Shown piece by piece: positions 9,726 to 19,356 of a stretch of 64,000 nt of DNA. The stretch is taken from contig JBDRPO010000022.1 of the NCBI GenBank assembly GCA_043827085.1, forward strand, positions 4,481 to 68,480, read 5' to 3'. The stretch's first letter is position 1, and every line of letters starts with the position of its first letter. The position numbers and the translations under genes are program-made. The notes under the pieces are model-generated. The model saw only the letters and a list, made by a program, of their open reading frames with translations, had not been told where the DNA came from and ran no database searches. This DNA is from a bacterium. GTDB lineage: Bacteria; Patescibacteriota; Microgenomatia; UBA1400; UBA12108.

Positions 9726-11302
9726 TTATGCGGAAAAATCTCTCTCTAATCATCACCTCTCTAGTCCTCGCGCTCGTAGTCATCTGGCCTATCCGTCAAA
9801 CTGGCATTTGGTACCCCATGCATGACTCGACAAGCGTCACGAGAGTTTTGCTCATGAAAACCGCCATCATGAATGGTCAGATCCCTCCCATTTGGGCAGA
9901 AAATATTAATGGTGGTTTTGGTTACCCACTCTTTCATTTTTACGCACCACTCTTCCATACCATCTCTACACTGTTCTCCTTTTTTATCACTCCCGTCACC
10001 TCGGCCATTAAACTAACCATTTTCCTCAGTATTTTTACCGGTATCTTGGGCTCAGTATATTTTGCAAAACGTTGGGGGAGACTCGCCGCGCTCGTTACCG
10101 GAGTTGCCTTTGCCCTTGCTCCCTACGCCGCTGTCAATATTTATGTCCGCGGAGCCTTTGCCGAATACTTGAGTTTGGCACTTTTGCCTTGGGTTTTGAT
10201 CGTCACCGAAAAAATCACTTCAACTCGCAAAATGGTGGTTGCCGGGGTTTTCCTTTCTCTCTTTGTCTTGAGTCACAATCTTATTCCCATTATTGCCCTC
10301 CCCATGGTCTTGGTCTGGATGATCACCCAAAATAAGCTAAATCTCAAGTTAGTGGTCGGGGCGATCATTCTCTCCGCTCTCCTCTCGGCCTGGTTTGTCC
10401 TTCCTCTTGTGATGGAGAGGGGGTTCACCCAAGCAGATACTATTGCCAAAACTACCAACTATGCCAAACACTTTGTCGAGCCGTGGCAACTCTGGAATAG
10501 TACCTGGGGATTTGGTGGCTCTGCTCAAGGAGTCGAAGATGGGATGTCATTCAAGTTAGGCAAGATTCAGCTTATTCTCGGTATGCTCGGCGCGTTGATT
10601 GCTTTCAGGGAAAAGAAAAAATCCCTAAAACTTATCTCTCTCTTTATATTAATCTCGGTTTTTCTCACTACATCCGCCTCCAAGTTTGTTTGGGATCGCC
10701 TCCCCACTCTCCAAATCGTCCAGTTTCCCTGGCGCAACCTCGGGATTATCACTGTTTTCCTTTCCCTTCTTTCAGGTTTTACCGTAAGCAGAATCAATCA
10801 TAGAGTTTTCCGCTTTGTCGGTGCCTCCTTAATCATGGTTATGTTATTTCTGACAGGTTATAAGTATTTTGTTCCTGAATCCACAAATATCGCCAAAGAT
10901 GAAGTTTCCGACATCGCCTCGGTCGTGCCAGAATATGTCCCGACTTGGTGGAAAATCCCGCCTGCCCAAAGATATGACTTCTACGCTCCCCCCAGTATTT
11001 CCTCAGCCGAAAACGAAACCTCCCAACAAGGACCAGCAGCCGGAGGGTATCATTTCGATTTAGTCGCCACTGATCCTTCGATAATAATTTTTGGTTCCGC
11101 CTACTACCCCACCTGGGAAGGGCGAGTTGATGGCAAAAAAGTGGCAGTATCCCCGAACGGTAATGGCCTTGCCTCGTTCACTATTCCCCAAGGGATCCAC
11201 TCCATCGATTTACGCCAATCCCACACGCAGCTAGAAAAATTTGCCGCGATTATTTCTCTCATCACTTTAGCCATCATGATCAAACTTTATGTCAAAGCTT
11301 AA
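9722..11302 (+). CDS. YfhO/6-pyruvoyl-tetrahydropterin synthase-related membrane protein (GT-C-like)
   Basis: MHD, GQIPPxW, GFGYPLFHFYAP, RGAFAE, SHN, QFPWR, EY.P and YYPxW motifs. Start is GTG 9722 or ATG 9728. Confidence 0.75.
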   Translation: MIMRKNLSLIITSLVLALVVIWPIRQTGIWYPMHDSTSVTRVLLMKTAIMNGQIPPIWAENINGGFGYPLFHFYAPLFHTISTLFSFFITPVTSAIKLTIFLSIFTGILGSVYFAKRWGRLAALVTGVAFALAPYAAVNIYVRGAFAEYLSLALLPWVLIVTEKITSTRKMVVAGVFLSLFVLSHNLIPIIALPMVLVWMITQNKLNLKLVVGAIILSALLSAWFVLPLVMERGFTQADTIAKTTNYAKHFVEPWQLWNSTWGFGGSAQGVEDGMSFKLGKIQLILGMLGALIAFREKKKSLKLISLFILISVFLTTSASKFVWDRLPTLQIVQFPWRNLGIITVFLSLLSGFTVSRINHRVFRFVGASLIMVMLFLTGYKYFVPESTNIAKDEVSDIASVVPEYVPTWWKIPPAQRYDFYAPPSISSAENETSQQGPAAGGYHFDLVATDPSIIIFGSAYYPTWEGRVDGKKVAVSPNGNGLASFTIPQGIHSIDLRQSHTQLEKFAAIISLITLAIMIKLYVKA

Positions 11303-12665
11303 AATATTTCTGTTGATATTTTTCTCAACTTGTCTAGCGTACGGAGCCTCACTCAAGTATGGATTCTCTCAGGACGATTGGTATTTTCTCCTTATTTCCC
11401 AAGCCAATAACTTTCAAGGAGTTGTCAATTTCTTCAATCCTTTTGCTCAGTCTGGCTTCGCTTTCTTCCGCCCGCTTGGCACTCAACTCTATTATTTTCT
11501 CTTTACCTCTGCTTTTGGCTTATCTCGCGCCCCTCTCTTTATGCACATTTTTATGCTTATCCTGCAGGGGAGTTGTGGTTACTTAGTATATCGCCTGGCA
11601 GCAAAACTCAAATTTTCTCCCTCTTCCGCTTTTCTCATCGGTCTAGTTTATGCCACGAGCTCAGCTCAATTTCTGAGCTTGTTCTACATCGCTGCCACTC
11701 AACAGCTCCTCGCCGCTTTTTTTGGTTTACTCTCACTTAATTATTTCCTCGTTCGTCGTCATTGGCTGTCTGCTATTTTCTTTTTATTGGCCCTAATCTC
11801 CAAAGAAACCGCCATCATAATCCCATTTATTGCCATTACTCTCTCTCTCTTAACTACCACCAAACTCAATCTCAAATCCATGGTCACCCGCTTTATGCCT
11901 TATACTTTATACCTTATACTTTATACAACTCTCCGTCTCCTAGCCCCCCACGCCGTCCAAGCCGAGTATCATTTTACTTTCGGGTTAAACGTGCTAAGCA
12001 CACTTCGCTGGTACATATTGTTTGCCTTTAATGCTCCCGAAGAGTGGTTGCGTTACGCCACTCCCCACCTTGGTATTAATCTACTTCAATTTATTCGTGA
12101 CTTCGGTCTGCTTGGTTTCTCGATCACGACGCTTACCTTATCTTCCTTATTACTCTTCCTCGTTTCACTCATTCGCTCCTCCCTACGCAAGTGTGCACTT
12201 TATCTTTCTTGGTTTGTCTTGGCACTTGCTCCTGTTCTCTTTCTGCTTGACCACCGCTATCCACACTATCTCGATCTTGCTCTCGTGCCTCTCATCCTCC
12301 TGCTCTACCACTCATTTCGCGGCAAGTGGCAATATCTTCTGACGGCCATCCTGATCGTCGGCTCAGTTTGCAATATTTATCTCTCCGAGAGAATTCACTG
12401 GACTACTGGCCGTGCGAAAATGGCCTCATCCGCTCTCTCCGCGATTGACTGGTCTTCCACCTGCCCCCACTCAGCAATTATCTTCACAGGTCCCAAGCCT
12501 TTCCCCCTCGAGCTCTCATATACTCTCTCACTTGCCAACGGCCCGCGCGTAATATGCCAAAACCCCAAGCTCGGCGTATACTACCAGGAAGTAGTGCCAT
12601 CCGAGGGGACAGTTGCCTTCCCAATCGACATTAGTCCAGTCTTTAAATCATATGTCCAGCCTTAA
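11289..12665 (+). CDS. Polytopic membrane protein, putative GT-C glycosyltransferase
   Basis: SQDDW acidic motif after TM1, FRPL, SKE. Similar in motif layout to 54165..55454. Confidence 0.65.
   Translation: MSKLKIFLLIFFSTCLAYGASLKYGFSQDDWYFLLISQANNFQGVVNFFNPFAQSGFAFFRPLGTQLYYFLFTSAFGLSRAPLFMHIFMLILQGSCGYLVYRLAAKLKFSPSSAFLIGLVYATSSAQFLSLFYIAATQQLLAAFFGLLSLNYFLVRRHWLSAIFFLLALISKETAIIIPFIAITLSLLTTTKLNLKSMVTRFMPYTLYLILYTTLRLLAPHAVQAEYHFTFGLNVLSTLRWYILFAFNAPEEWLRYATPHLGINLLQFIRDFGLLGFSITTLTLSSLLLFLVSLIRSSLRKCALYLSWFVLALAPVLFLLDHRYPHYLDLALVPLILLLYHSFRGKWQYLLTAILIVGSVCNIYLSERIHWTTGRAKMASSALSAIDWSSTCPHSAIIFTGPKPFPLELSYTLSLANGPRVICQNPKLGVYYQEVVPSEGTVAFPIDISPVFKSYVQP
11894..11926. repeat. Degenerate heptamer repeat inside CDS
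   Basis: tatgcct-tatactt-tatacct-tatactt-tatac. Confidence 0.7.
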
Positions 12666-14124
12666 CTTAGACAACATCAAACTCAAAGCCTTCAAAGGAG
12701 TCTTCACTCTCACTTTCCGCCGCCTCATTCTCAAAGTGATCGATACCGTTGGCGTCATTGTTCTGGCTCGTGCACTCACCCAAGACGTCTTTGGCGTCTT
12801 TGGCATCATTAGTTTTGTGGTATTTACTTTCCTCTCATTTTTTTCCGATATCGGTTTTGGCGCTGCTTTAATCCAGAAGAAAGAAGATCTCACTGACGAG
12901 GATACCCGTACCACCTTTACTATCCAACAATCCCTCGTGACTTTGCTCTTAATTATTGCTTGGGCGACCTCTCCCCTCATATCTGGCTTCTATCATCTAG
13001 GCAACCAGGGGATCTGGCTCATCCGCGTGCTCTCTCTTTCCCTCTTCCTGACTTCCTTCAAAACCATTCCCTCCATACTCCTCGAGCGTGAGCTCAAGTT
13101 TGAAAAACTCGTGATTCCCGAAATCGTCGAAACCTTAATTTACAACGGTTTTGCTGTCTACATGGCGCTTCATGGTTATGGCATCTGGAGTTTGGTAGTT
13201 GCCATTTTAGCTCGTACCATCGCCGGAGCCATTCTTTTGAATGTTCTTTCACCCTGGCGCATCGGTTGGGGGTTCTCTCGCCAATCTGCCAAGGGGCTCC
13301 TAGGCTTTGGAGTCCCATATCAATTAAATAGTGTCCTTGCCCTCATTAAAGACAACGTCACTCCGACCCTCATTGCCTACTGGTATGGCCCAGCGGCGGT
13401 CGGCTTCGTTAACTTGGCACAAAACATCGCCACCCGCCCCATGGAACTCATCAATATTGTTAGCCGCGTCATGTTTCCCGCCTACGCTCGCATCCAGGAG
13501 GACTCTGTCCGTCTCAAGCGCTGGATCGAGAAATCGGTCTCTTTCATGGCCTACCTTTATATGCCAGCAATTACCGGTCTCCTCATTACCGCCAAACCGA
13601 TCCTCGAGTACCTCTACGCCGATAAATCTGCCAAATGGCTGCCTTCCTTGCCCACTCTTCTTCTCTTCCTCGCCGGTGCCTACCCCATCATTGTGACCAC
13701 TACCTACACCAACGCCCTCTATGCACTAGGTAAACCCAAAGTTGTCTTGGCACTTATGACTCTCTATACCGTGCTCACTTGGACCTTGGGCGCGCCTCTC
13801 ATTTACAAATACGGCTTTGTCGGGATCGCGCTCGCCGGCTTTATTATTACCTATGCCACCTTGCCGATCGTGGTTCGGCAAATGAATAAAGTCGTCCCCA
13901 TATCTACCTGGGATTCCCTCAAAAAGCCGCTCCTAGCCAGTTTAATTATGGGAGTTGTTACCTATTTTATTAATCAGGTTTTCACCCACTCTTTACTCAC
14001 CCTGATTTTCACTTGCCTCTCGGGGGTGGTAACATATATCTTGGCAATTCTCGTTTTAGACGGCCCACGTCTCAAATCCGAGTTTAATAATTGGTTTAGC
14101 TTAATTGGGAGTAGAGATAAATGA
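12652..14124 (+). CDS. wzx: Wzx/MOP-family oligosaccharide flippase (WzxC-like)
   Basis: Start re-assigned to ATG 12652. Motifs LARxLxxxxFG, DIGFGAALIQ, LERELKF, GYGIWSLV, VMFPAYARIQ, ALGKP, with about 14 hydrophobic segments. Confidence 0.88.
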   Translation: MSSLNLDNIKLKAFKGVFTLTFRRLILKVIDTVGVIVLARALTQDVFGVFGIISFVVFTFLSFFSDIGFGAALIQKKEDLTDEDTRTTFTIQQSLVTLLLIIAWATSPLISGFYHLGNQGIWLIRVLSLSLFLTSFKTIPSILLERELKFEKLVIPEIVETLIYNGFAVYMALHGYGIWSLVVAILARTIAGAILLNVLSPWRIGWGFSRQSAKGLLGFGVPYQLNSVLALIKDNVTPTLIAYWYGPAAVGFVNLAQNIATRPMELINIVSRVMFPAYARIQEDSVRLKRWIEKSVSFMAYLYMPAITGLLITAKPILEYLYADKSAKWLPSLPTLLLFLAGAYPIIVTTTYTNALYALGKPKVVLALMTLYTVLTWTLGAPLIYKYGFVGIALAGFIITYATLPIVVRQMNKVVPISTWDSLKKPLLASLIMGVVTYFINQVFTHSLLTLIFTCLSGVVTYILAILVLDGPRLKSEFNNWFSLIGSRDK

Positions 14125-15740
14125 AAGAAAAAATCTCCGTCATCATTCCGACCGTCAACGCTCACGAAGAACTAGATCTAGCCATCCAAAGTATCAAAAA
14201 AAACTCTGATTGTACTGTCGAATTCGTCATCGTCATTGATCCCGACATGAATACGGGTAAAGTTAATGAGGACATTCTTAAAGTCTGCCAAAAACACCAT
14301 GTTAAAGCCTGGGTCAATAAAGAAAATCTTGGCCCATACGGCAACTGGAATAGGGGAGCCGAGGTTGCAACAACTGACTGGTTGGTCTTTACGACCGATG
14401 ACCAATATTTTGCCCCCCACTGGGACTCGAACTTGCTTAAATACTGGGAACCCAAAAGATTGATTGCTGGACGTCTCATCGAGCCGGGCATTATCCCCGT
14501 CTACAAAACCAATATTAAACAAGATTTTGGCGTCTTACCCTCCGAATTTAAAGAAAAAGAATTTATTCAGTGGTGCAAGGATCGCCGCGCCAAGGGATAT
14601 ACGCCTGATGGTTTTTTTATCCCCATGCTTCAAAAACGCGAAGATTACGACGCTCTTGGTCACTACCCGACCGCCGGCAAGTTTGGGACCTCAACCGCCG
14701 TTAGCAACGACTATCTCTACGTCCAAGCGGCGCTCAAGAAAGGTTATCAGTTTGGCACCGCCGAAGACTCTTATTCCTACCACTTCCAAGCCAGTTCCTG
14801 GAAAAAGAAAACCTTGAAGCCCACGATTGCTGCCGTAGTTTTGACCAAAAACGAAGCGGGAGACCTCGCCAAATGCCTCAAGTCGCTCTCTTGGGTAACT
14901 GATATCATCGTAGTAGATTCTGGTTCGTCTGATCAAACTCTAGACATTGCCAAGAAATTAAAAGCCAAAGTCTTCTCCCGCGACTTCGACAACTTTGCCT
15001 CCCAAAGAAACTTTGCCCTCACCAAAGTCGCGCCGTACAACTGGGTGATTATGGTCGATGCCGATGAGGTGGTCGAGATGGCGCTTGCCAAGGAACTCCA
15101 ATTTTTTGCCAAAGATATTTATCTCGATGGTGTCCAAATCCCTCGCAAAAACTACATCTTTGGTAAATGGATTGAACACTGTGACTGGTATCCTGATCAT
15201 CGCCTAGTCTTCTTCCGTCCCAAGATGGTCAGCTACACCGGCGAGATACACGAGCGCGTAGGCTTTGTAAAAGGTAACGGCACTGTGGCAACTGCCACCA
15301 ATAATCTCGTCCACCACAACTACGACACTGTCCGGGAATTTGTGCTCAAAAATCTCGTGGATTATCCACTTCAGTATGCCAAAATCTTGGACGCGGACAA
15401 AGTTCGCTTTACGGCGCTCGACATCCTAGGCAAACCCATAGCCGAGTTTATGCGTCGCTTTTTCTTAACCGAAGGCTATAAAGACGGACTCTACGGTCTG
15501 GTTCTCTCGGCTCTCATGGGTGTCCAAACTCTCGTTGCCTACACTTACCTTTGGGAAATCCAAGGTAAGCGCAAAGATTTAACGACCAATGAAACCCTAG
15601 CAGTCTTTGCTACGCTCCGTGGGAAGGGGAGTGAACTCACCTATTGGCTCACCACTTTAGCCATAGAAAGCGCCTCTGGCGCTACCAAACTGGTCCACCG
15701 CGCCAAAAGGAAAATAATCAAACTAACCCAAAACCTATGA
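14121..15740 (+). CDS. Two-domain GT2 glycosyltransferase
   Basis: The N-terminal GT2 has IIPT, WNRG and TDD. The C-terminal GT2 is beta-1,4-glucosyltransferase-like (TKNE, VDSGSSD, QRNFA, DADE, WYPD, HE, GYKDGLYG). Confidence 0.85.
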   Translation: MKEKISVIIPTVNAHEELDLAIQSIKKNSDCTVEFVIVIDPDMNTGKVNEDILKVCQKHHVKAWVNKENLGPYGNWNRGAEVATTDWLVFTTDDQYFAPHWDSNLLKYWEPKRLIAGRLIEPGIIPVYKTNIKQDFGVLPSEFKEKEFIQWCKDRRAKGYTPDGFFIPMLQKREDYDALGHYPTAGKFGTSTAVSNDYLYVQAALKKGYQFGTAEDSYSYHFQASSWKKKTLKPTIAAVVLTKNEAGDLAKCLKSLSWVTDIIVVDSGSSDQTLDIAKKLKAKVFSRDFDNFASQRNFALTKVAPYNWVIMVDADEVVEMALAKELQFFAKDIYLDGVQIPRKNYIFGKWIEHCDWYPDHRLVFFRPKMVSYTGEIHERVGFVKGNGTVATATNNLVHHNYDTVREFVLKNLVDYPLQYAKILDADKVRFTALDILGKPIAEFMRRFFLTEGYKDGLYGLVLSALMGVQTLVAYTYLWEIQGKRKDLTTNETLAVFATLRGKGSELTYWLTTLAIESASGATKLVHRAKRKIIKLTQNL

Positions 15741-16663
15741 AAAAATCCAAAAAGATCAAGCACGCAGTAGTTTTGATTAATTACAAAGTTGCAAGAGATA
15801 CGATTACTTGTGTCAAATCGATCGAAAAGTGTAAAGATCAGCCACACATCATCGTCGTGGATAATGGTTCGACAGAGGGAGTCATCCAAGAGCTCCGCGA
15901 AGCTTGCCCGGGACTTGATATCATCATCGCCGGCGCCAATATCGGCTTCTCTGCCGGGAATAATCTCGGCATCCAAAAAGCCCTTAAGCTCGGCGCCCAA
16001 GTAGTTTATATCCTCAACAACGACACTTTGGTTGACCCCAATCTCTTCTTCCGCGCATTCCGCTATGTCGCCGGCAAAAACAGAATCACAGGCGGCAAGA
16101 TTTACTACGCCAAGGGTTACGAATACCACTCTGAACAAAAGGGTAGGGGAGATATCCTGTGGTACGCCGGCGGCTACTTCGACTGGACGAGCGTGATTGC
16201 TGTTCACTATGGTGTCGACGAAATAGACAAGGGTCAACACGACAAAACTCTCCCTGTCGGCTTTATCACTGGTTGCTTTATTGCCGTCCCCCGCCAAGTT
16301 TTCAAAAAAATAGGACTACTCGATGAACCTTTCTTCCTCTACCTCGAAGATACCGATTTCTGTCTCCATGCCAAAAAAATGAGTATCGAAGTCATGTACA
16401 ACCCCAATTTAATTGTTTATCACTGCAACTCAAGCGCCACCGTAGCAGGATCTCCCTTAGTTGACTACTACATTACTCGCAATCGTTTTTTTATTGGGAA
16501 GCGCTATGGCACACTGCGCCTTCGCCTCGCCCTCCTGCGCGAAGCCATTTTTTACAACTGGAACTCCCCCATCCGCCGCCAAGCCTTCTTTGACTATTTA
16601 ACTGGTAGAATGGGGAATAGGAATGAAAAAATCTCTGCTATCGTGGTTCAAACACAAAAATAA
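15737..16663 (+). CDS. GT2 glycosyltransferase, rhamnosyltransferase/WfgS-like
   Basis: Start re-assigned to ATG 15737 (ATGA overlap). Motifs VDNGS, NIGFSAGNN, LNND, TGC, FFLYLEDTD, YYITRNR. Confidence 0.85.
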   Translation: MKKSKKIKHAVVLINYKVARDTITCVKSIEKCKDQPHIIVVDNGSTEGVIQELREACPGLDIIIAGANIGFSAGNNLGIQKALKLGAQVVYILNNDTLVDPNLFFRAFRYVAGKNRITGGKIYYAKGYEYHSEQKGRGDILWYAGGYFDWTSVIAVHYGVDEIDKGQHDKTLPVGFITGCFIAVPRQVFKKIGLLDEPFFLYLEDTDFCLHAKKMSIEVMYNPNLIVYHCNSSATVAGSPLVDYYITRNRFFIGKRYGTLRLRLALLREAIFYNWNSPIRRQAFFDYLTGRMGNRNEKISAIVVQTQK

Positions 16664-18068
16664 TCTCCCCAATTTATTGGTAATAATTTTCCTGGCATCT
16701 ATCTCCTATCTCCTATATTTCAATTTGGGTCGTGACGCCCTGTTCGATTGGGATGAAGGTATCTACGGTGAGCTTGGGGCTCAGGTGTTAGTTACGAAGA
16801 ATATTCTCGTTGCTTTTTGGAATGGTGCACCCTGGCTAGAAAAACCTCCCGGCATCGCCTGGGTTGCTGGAATTGGGATTGCCCTTGCTGGTCCTACTGC
16901 GGGGGGTGCACGTCTTCTCATGCCTCTCATTGCTATCTACACGCTCTACATCGTTTATCGGATAGGTACCCACCTTGGGAGTTCCCGACATGGCTTGATT
17001 GCCGTCGGCGTACTTGCAACCTTCAATTTGTTCTTAGGTAGAACACGCGCGGTCAACACCGACATGCCCCTTCTGGCCAGTATCGTGACCACCATCCTTT
17101 TCCTTCTCGAAAATAGGCCTGCCTGGTGGGTAGCTCTTGCCGTCTTTGGTGGGGTTTGGTTTAAGGGCTTGGCGGGCTTGCTCTCAGTCATCATTACCTT
17201 ACCCCTTATTTTGAATAAATCAAAAACTTACATCTTACATCTTACGTCTTACGTCTTATTACTTATCCTTCCTTGGCATCTTTACGCCCTCATCAGATAC
17301 GGTAGTAATTTTACTACTCCTTATTTTTTCGAACAGGTGGTCAGGCGGGCTACCGCCCAAATAGAATTTCATTTTGAAAATCGCTGGTACTACTTCAAAT
17401 ATCTTTACGATAACTTGGGTCTTGGAGTGCTGATAGTTGCTGGCGTAGGAGCAGCAAGTATTCTCAAAAAGCGGGAAAATCTCTACTTATTATGGTGGGT
17501 TCTCGTGCCTCTTGCTATCTTCACCCTCGCCAAAACTCGGCTGTTCTGGTACATTCTCCCGATTTATCCAGCGCTTGCCCTCCTTGTGAGCGAGGCTATC
17601 GCTCGCTGGCAAAACGGGAAGCATGCCAAAAGCGTCGTTGGAATCATTGCCATCGGGATCTGTTCCCAAGCCATTCTCATGGCTTCTCGCTCAGTCGAGT
17701 TTAAGAAAGTTACTTCTCCCCTGCCTGATCGGCTTTACGTGGCCACTGAACTCGCTAAATTAAATCCTGGCACCTTAGCGGTTCTAGTTCCCCCCTCGGA
17801 GCGCTTAGCCGAAGCGCTTCTTCCGACAATTGCCCGGCTAAGTTCTAGTTTCCGCTATGGTGGTATGCCCTCGGTTGTCTTTTATTATGCTGGCCCGGTT
17901 CAATTTTATTACGACGTAGATAAGTTCGCGGCATTTTGGCAAGAAGCCCAGAATCCTACCGCCATGATCTTTGCCGAAGATAGTAAGCTCATTCCTGCCT
18001 CTTTCCGCACTGTTGTCGCCTCACCTACCTACCTTGGCATTCAAAAGGGGGTTTATGCTCTCCGTTAG
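16623..18068 (+). CDS. ArnT/GT83-like membrane glycosyltransferase (GT-C)
   Basis: FDWDEGIY, EKPPG, AR, R..TD, KG, PW and Y.LP.YP motifs; polytopic. Confidence 0.82.
   Translation: MKKSLLSWFKHKNNLPNLLVIIFLASISYLLYFNLGRDALFDWDEGIYGELGAQVLVTKNILVAFWNGAPWLEKPPGIAWVAGIGIALAGPTAGGARLLMPLIAIYTLYIVYRIGTHLGSSRHGLIAVGVLATFNLFLGRTRAVNTDMPLLASIVTTILFLLENRPAWWVALAVFGGVWFKGLAGLLSVIITLPLILNKSKTYILHLTSYVLLLILPWHLYALIRYGSNFTTPYFFEQVVRRATAQIEFHFENRWYYFKYLYDNLGLGVLIVAGVGAASILKKRENLYLLWWVLVPLAIFTLAKTRLFWYILPIYPALALLVSEAIARWQNGKHAKSVVGIIAIGICSQAILMASRSVEFKKVTSPLPDRLYVATELAKLNPGTLAVLVPPSERLAEALLPTIARLSSSFRYGGMPSVVFYYAGPVQFYYDVDKFAAFWQEAQNPTAMIFAEDSKLIPASFRTVVASPTYLGIQKGVYALR
17227..17258. repeat. Heptamer repeat inside CDS
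   Basis: cttacat-cttacat-cttacgt-cttacgt-ctta. Confidence 0.75.
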
Positions 18069-18828
18069 TACCCAAATAGCGCGTGACGATTCGCTTGTAG
18101 ATTTTGCCAGGATGCTCAAAAGTGTTTCCTTCGCCGACGAAATCTTTGTCTTCAATATGGAGCGGAACGATATGCGAGCCCTGGAACTTTTTCAGCAATT
18201 CTCAGCTCGCGTCATTAATGTCAAAACTCCTAAAATCGTCGAAGAAATACGCGCCCGCCAGGTTCGCGAAGCGGGAGGTGACTGGGTACTCATTCTAGAT
18301 TTTGATGAAGTAATTCCAGGAGAACTCCGCGGCGAGATCGAATCAATCATCGAAAACAAAGCCTCTTGTTCTGCTTACACGATCCCCCGCGACAATTATT
18401 CCCTTGATTATCCCATGACCCACGGAGGGTGGGAACGCGACTATGTCATACGGCTACTACGCAAAGCTGACTTTATCGATTGGCCCAAAAACATCCATAG
18501 CACTCCCCGTTTCAAAGGTAGTATGGTCAAAACGCTCCATAGCATGGAGCATCACAAGGACGCCAGTCTCTCCCAAATGGTTGAGAAAACCAATCGTTAT
18601 AGTGACATCGAAGCCGATTTATTTTTTCAGGGCGGCCTGCCCCCAGTTGACTCATTTACCCTCGTCAGGAAACCTGTAATGGAATTTATCCGGCGCTACA
18701 TCCTCAAGAAAGGTTTTCTTGATGGTTGTATCGGTTTGATCCAAGCTCTCTACCAAGGTTATTCCGTCTTTATCACCTACGCCAAGCTCGCCGAGCTCCA
18801 AACTAACTATAAATCCAGTAAAAGGTAA
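18055..18828 (+). CDS. GT2 glycosyltransferase (beta-1,4-glucosyltransferase-like)
   Basis: Start re-assigned to ATG 18055. Motifs SVSFADEI, WVLILDFDE, PRxN, IH, KTNRYS, GFLDG. Confidence 0.8.
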   Translation: MLSVSTQIARDDSLVDFARMLKSVSFADEIFVFNMERNDMRALELFQQFSARVINVKTPKIVEEIRARQVREAGGDWVLILDFDEVIPGELRGEIESIIENKASCSAYTIPRDNYSLDYPMTHGGWERDYVIRLLRKADFIDWPKNIHSTPRFKGSMVKTLHSMEHHKDASLSQMVEKTNRYSDIEADLFFQGGLPPVDSFTLVRKPVMEFIRRYILKKGFLDGCIGLIQALYQGYSVFITYAKLAELQTNYKSSKR

Positions 18829-18858
18829 TACTACGATTATTCGAATAATTAGAGTATT
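18827..18858. promoter_or_regulatory. Imperfect 32-bp palindrome (copy 1), putative operator or cassette end
   Basis: AATACTACGATTATTCGAATAATTAGAGTATT. It has 3 mismatches to copy 2 and ends 2 nt before ATG 18861. Confidence 0.8.
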
Positions 18859-18860
18859 GT

Positions 18861-19304
18861 ATGTCACAAGTATCACGACACAAACTAAATCAAAAAGTTT
18901 ACGATAAAATATTCTCCTTGTTTCCACAATTTCTAGGTAGACTTAGTAGTCAGGGTCATGCGCAAGTTGTCGTCAACGCTCTATTTTCAACAACAGAAAG
19001 AACTATCATAGCCAAGCGTATTGCCACAGCCTTTATGTTAGTCAAGGGCTATACTTACTCAGAAATAAGTTCAAAACTATGTATTAGTTATGGCACGATC
19101 GGAAAAATTGCTGAAGTTACTAAAAATGCCGATACAAGGTTCGTCAAAGAATTACAATTAATTTCGCAAGAGCAAGCGTTTGGCGAGTTTCTCAATGCCA
19201 TTGGTTACCGAGTCGCTAAACTTCTACCTCCCAAAGGTGGCAATTGGTCAGTATGGAGGCGTAATATAGAGGAAGAACGTCGTCAAGCAGAACAATCATT
19301 TTAA
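18861..19304 (+). CDS. TrpR/YerC-family helix-turn-helix protein
   Basis: LFSTTERTIIAKRIATAFMLVKGYTYSEISSKLCISYGTIGKI matches the Trp-repressor-family pattern L(T/S)xxE...xxR...L..G.xY..I...L..S..TI. Confidence 0.8.
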   Translation: MSQVSRHKLNQKVYDKIFSLFPQFLGRLSSQGHAQVVVNALFSTTERTIIAKRIATAFMLVKGYTYSEISSKLCISYGTIGKIAEVTKNADTRFVKELQLISQEQAFGEFLNAIGYRVAKLLPPKGGNWSVWRRNIEEERRQAEQSF

Positions 19305-19334
19305 TACTCTAATTATTCGAATAATTAGAGTATT
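19303..19334. promoter_or_regulatory. Perfect 32-bp palindrome (copy 2), putative operator or cassette end
   Basis: AATACTCTAATTATTCGAATAATTAGAGTATT is its own reverse complement. It overlaps the stop codon of the TrpR-like gene. Confidence 0.85.
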
Positions 19335-19356
19335 GCAATGTATGTAAGGTGTATTT

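Noticed and set aside
15641-16297. 218-aa minus-strand ORF, and similar shadow ORFs at 347..811, 31200..31637 and 57432..57908
   Set aside because: They lie antisense to well-supported genes, have no recognisable motifs, and are explained by codon bias of the real gene.
18826-19335. TrpR-flanking palindromes as integron attC sites, IS terminal repeats or CRISPR repeats
   Set aside because: There are no RYYYAAC/GTTRRRY cores and no integrase, transposase or cas gene in the window. Only two copies exist, separated by a whole gene. Kept as a finding under a different interpretation.
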